DNA of 32,000 nt from an archaeon (GTDB lineage: Archaea > Asgardarchaeota > Thorarchaeia > Thorarchaeales > Thorarchaeaceae), in the NCBI GenBank assembly GCA_024275415.1, contig JAJRZD010000105.1, positions 22,685 to 54,684 of the forward strand, in the 5' to 3' direction. The notes under the pieces were generated by a model. The model was given only the letters and a program-made list of their open reading frames with translations, was not told where the DNA came from and did no database searches. The first letter of the stretch is position 1. Every line of letters starts with the position of its first letter. The position numbers were made by a program, and so were the translations under genes. This document shows positions 29,068-32,000 of the stretch, piece by piece.

Positions 29068-30032
29068 TGCAGGTCGATGTGACTGTCTTACTCGCCAGTT
29101 GGCTGATAGCAGCTACGTTACAGATGTCAACACCATTGATCCTTGCAGCACTAGGTGGAATGTTCTCAGAGCGTTCTGGAGTGGTGAATATCGGGCTCGA
29201 GGGCATGATGCTGATCGGTGCCTTCAGTGCAGTGGCTGCAACGTACTTCACCGGCAACCCTTGGATGGGTGTCTTAGCATCTGTGGCAGCTGGGGGACTG
29301 CTGGCACTGGCCCATGGTATAATCTGCGTCAAGTTCAAGGGAAATCATATCGTGAGTGGCACTGGAGTGATACTCTTCGCCGCAGGGTTCACTACCTTGA
29401 TGCTTGAGGTAGTATGGGGACGCAAGGGATACTCAGAACAAGTCACCCGACTCCCCGATATCTCATTTGACACTGGGAATCAATTCTTGAACGCTGCCTT
29501 TGGACAGCACTCTCCGATTACCTATATTGCATTCATAATGGTCATCATAAGCTGGTACGTCCTCTATAGGACTCCCTTTGGCTTGCGGGTGCGTGCTGCT
29601 GGTGAGGATCCGAGCACCCTCGACGCATCAGGCGCAAGTGTAGAATGGACGCGGACAATTGCAGTCGTCATTAGTGGAATGCTTGCAGGTCTGGGCGGTG
29701 CATATCTTTCGATAGGTTTTGGCTCAGCATTCGGGAAAGGAATGACAAACGGAAGAGGGTTCATCGCTCTGGCAGCATTGATCTTTGGGAATTGGACTCC
29801 ACTTGGTGTACTGCTAGCAGGGTTGTTTTTTGGATTCCTGAATGGGCTTCAGTTCGCAATTCAACTTGTGCCGGGACTCGAATGGCTTCAGAACTTCACC
29901 AACTTTGTCCAGATGGTTCCATATCTTTTGGTAATTGTCGCATTGGCTGGGATTCGGAAATCTGTTCCGCCCAAGGGGATTGCGATACCCTACGTCAAGG
30001 AGGAAAAGGTTAGATGCCCTACTATCGAATAA
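29064..30032 (+). CDS. ABC transporter permease (nucleoside type)
   Basis: SERSGVVNIGLEG, TPFGLRVRA.GE, GRGFIALAALIFGNW, PYLLVI, IPY. ATGA overlap, preceded by SD-like GGAGAGGTGA. Confidence 0.93.
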   Translation: MMQVDVTVLLASWLIAATLQMSTPLILAALGGMFSERSGVVNIGLEGMMLIGAFSAVAATYFTGNPWMGVLASVAAGGLLALAHGIICVKFKGNHIVSGTGVILFAAGFTTLMLEVVWGRKGYSEQVTRLPDISFDTGNQFLNAAFGQHSPITYIAFIMVIISWYVLYRTPFGLRVRAAGEDPSTLDASGASVEWTRTIAVVISGMLAGLGGAYLSIGFGSAFGKGMTNGRGFIALAALIFGNWTPLGVLLAGLFFGFLNGLQFAIQLVPGLEWLQNFTNFVQMVPYLLVIVALAGIRKSVPPKGIAIPYVKEEKVRCPTIE

Positions 30033-30084
30033 TATCTTGTGCACATTATGCTTAAAAGGCAGTCATGGCGGTGAATAGAACACA

Positions 30085-30531
30085 TTGCTATCATCTCATA
30101 ATAGAACATCATTATTGCTATGCATAATTGGTGGTGCCTTGATGGTGCTATCAGGAGTGAGCGGGACACTTGGCTACCTTCCTGCTCTGGCCGAAGGACT
30201 GGACTCACTCATGGGTGAATCGTTCTCATTCACGCTGGAGCTAATATTGGGTATCTTGGCGGAACTGACAGCAATAGGCGGCATTGGTGTCATATTCGGA
30301 GGCATCTTGATGACCACCCGTCATGTTGAGTCAGGGAGAATCATTGTCATGGTTTCGATGGGCATGGGTGCCATAAGTCTAGTCATGAGCTTGGTCCAAC
30401 TGGCGTGGGCCGGAGTGCTGGTAATGCCTCTCATTGTTCAACTTAGCCAATCCCTGGGCTGGGTTGGTGCAATGATGGCAATAATTGCACGAGCAATCTC
30501 CGAGCAGAAACCACTTCTCGAAAAGAAATGA
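30085..30531 (+). CDS. Hypothetical small membrane protein (~4 TM)
   Basis: 148 aa, Gly-rich hydrophobic helices; TTG start. Confidence 0.65.
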   Translation: MLSSHNRTSLLLCIIGGALMVLSGVSGTLGYLPALAEGLDSLMGESFSFTLELILGILAELTAIGGIGVIFGGILMTTRHVESGRIIVMVSMGMGAISLVMSLVQLAWAGVLVMPLIVQLSQSLGWVGAMMAIIARAISEQKPLLEKK

Positions 30532-30536
30532 ACAGC

Positions 30537-30932
30537 CTAGATGTCGAATACGGATACTGAGGTCTCAAGGTTCTTTGCAGCCTGAACACACTCGTTCATG
30601 ATCCCAAACTTGTCTTGATCCATAGGAGCGAAGGCACAAACAAACCACACTCCCTTGCCAGTACCTGCGATCAAACTCGTACTCCCATCAGGATTGATAG
30701 CAACGATGCCATGCTTGTCATGTAATGCGACCAGAAAAGGAATGTGTTTTACCATCAGGGAACTGACCTGTACATCCCATGCTCTGATTATCTGGTCGAT
30801 TTCTTCGTGGGTCAAACGCATGTTATCAGTGGCATAACCAATCTTACGCTCGTACGTGATGGCGCAGGCCCCAGTTATACAGTCATAGTTAGACATTGCA
30901 ATCTCGACAGTCCGTTTTACCCTTACTGACAT
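30537..30932 (-). CDS. Profilin-like protein (Asgard type)
   Basis: ITGACAITYERKIGYATDNMRL..EE.....AW.....SLMVKHIPFLV....HGIVAINPDG..SLIA..G.GVWFVCAF.P follows the profilin secondary-structure pattern; 131 aa. Confidence 0.7.
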   Translation of the reverse strand: MSVRVKRTVEIAMSNYDCITGACAITYERKIGYATDNMRLTHEEIDQIIRAWDVQVSSLMVKHIPFLVALHDKHGIVAINPDGSTSLIAGTGKGVWFVCAFAPMDQDKFGIMNECVQAAKNLETSVSVFDI

Positions 30933-30996
30933 CGTAATCCATGGTTATTTCTGATTCATCCATTGAAATAGCTTCGGTGTATCGTTTCAACGGACA

Positions 30997-31596
30997 CTAG
31001 CTTGAAGCGATTCTAATAGCCTTTAGAAGAAGTAGAGAACGGCTATGAAGTTCATTATGAGATACCCATGAAACGAGTTTTCTGTCCTTCGTCGAGAATC
31101 CATGCCTCAATGCGATTTGCTCAAGCTCTGGCGAGTCGATTGGCATTGACTCCAATCGGTAGACAAACCAATCATCAGTACCATATTGCTTTATACTACA
31201 CTTCAAATCAATCTCGATCCCGTCATGCGACACTACATGAAAAGCCCGACCAATTGACCGCTTTACTTTTGAGTGTGTGCCAAAAATCCCATTGATCACT
31301 CCAAGTGTATACGTTATTGCTGGTGCAGGAAGGTACGCCCATGACCAGAATGCATAGGCAAAGGCTATCATGGCAAAAGCAAGAAAGAACCCGACAGTGT
31401 TGAATGAATATACTAGGTCAAATCCCTGAGCCCAACCACCAGGTATCCAACGGGGCGTCACATCAGAGATGTTAGCGATACCTGTTGGCACATAGAAAAC
31501 ATAGAATGTGATTGAGAATACGATCATAAGCGTTGCTAATGCTATTCTTTTCCTGTCTTTATACAGGGCCTTTGCGCGCAACAGCATTGCATCCAA
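30997..31596 (-). CDS. Hypothetical membrane protein (2 TM plus soluble C-terminal domain)
   Basis: Two hydrophobic helices flank a short loop; starts 3 nt after the upstream wHTH stop. Confidence 0.7.
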   Translation of the reverse strand: MDAMLLRAKALYKDRKRIALATLMIVFSITFYVFYVPTGIANISDVTPRWIPGGWAQGFDLVYSFNTVGFFLAFAMIAFAYAFWSWAYLPAPAITYTLGVINGIFGTHSKVKRSIGRAFHVVSHDGIEIDLKCSIKQYGTDDWFVYRLESMPIDSPELEQIALRHGFSTKDRKLVSWVSHNELHSRSLLLLKAIRIASS

Positions 31597-31599
31597 AGC

Positions 31600-31953
31600 T
31601 CATGTTCCCTCCAATGCTTCTTCGTAGATTCGCTTGGTTTCGTCCCCGTACTTCTTGCACATATCGACCAGCAACGATAACAAAGGATGTTCATTGTTGA
31701 TCCGGATGGCATAGAGTTTGGGAGTCAACTGGTCAAGGAGTATCAGCCTATTCTCCTGCAAGTGTGACAGAACGCCCCTGTATAGGCTCCGTGACTTACC
31801 ACTATAGCCTATGAGCCGGCTAAGCTGCACACCTGATACACTCCGCGGATAGATGTGAGCTAATGCAATCAGGATTGACCGCCTCGTATCGTTGAGAGCA
31901 GACATCATCTGCACTAGGTCATATACATCCTGCAGTATATCTTTGTCATTCAT
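31600..31953 (-). CDS. Winged helix-turn-helix protein (putative transcriptional regulator)
   Basis: LNDTRRSILIAL…SVSGVQLSRLIGYS…LYRGVLSHLQENRLI…KLYAIRIN pattern. Start chosen at MNDKDIL (31953); 31962 is also possible. Confidence 0.7.
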   Translation of the reverse strand: MNDKDILQDVYDLVQMMSALNDTRRSILIALAHIYPRSVSGVQLSRLIGYSGKSRSLYRGVLSHLQENRLILLDQLTPKLYAIRINNEHPLLSLLVDMCKKYGDETKRIYEEALEGT

Positions 31954-32000
31954 ACCTCTCATCCATTCTTCAACATTTATGTGCAGATGAATACACATTC

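Overview
Gene-dense archaeal window, most likely from an Asgard archaeon (Thorarchaeia-like). This is an inference from a Rab-like small GTPase, a profilin-like protein, a membrane-anchored beta-helix protein and TM-anchored rather than lipidated binding proteins. Housekeeping and accessory content: degenerate histidine-kinase-like membrane protein, SAM methyltransferase, QueG/RdhA-like Fe-S protein, oligoendopeptidase F, S9 peptidase, NAD-dependent DNA ligase, trans-sulfuration PLP enzyme, MFS transporter, alpha/beta hydrolase, and a BMP-type nucleoside ABC transporter. An AT-rich islet (~12.65-15.78 kb) holds an orphan N6-adenine DNA methyltransferase and a doubly frameshifted wHTH regulator that the ORF track misses. 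The standout is a tightly coupled minus-strand run: hemerythrin > pyruvoyl SAM decarboxylase > 698-aa receptor-like protein > GNAT acetyltransferase, with a pirin gene upstream. The 698-aa protein has a signal peptide, a beta-rich ectodomain, one TM helix and a cytoplasmic branched-chain polyamine synthase (BpsA)-like domain, suggesting a membrane-anchored, possibly signal-gated aminopropyl-transfer system. Two genes carry single in-frame stops (TAG in the QueG-like gene, TGA in pirin). No CRISPR array, rRNA or tRNA was seen. All family assignments are by motif recognition only; no searches were run.
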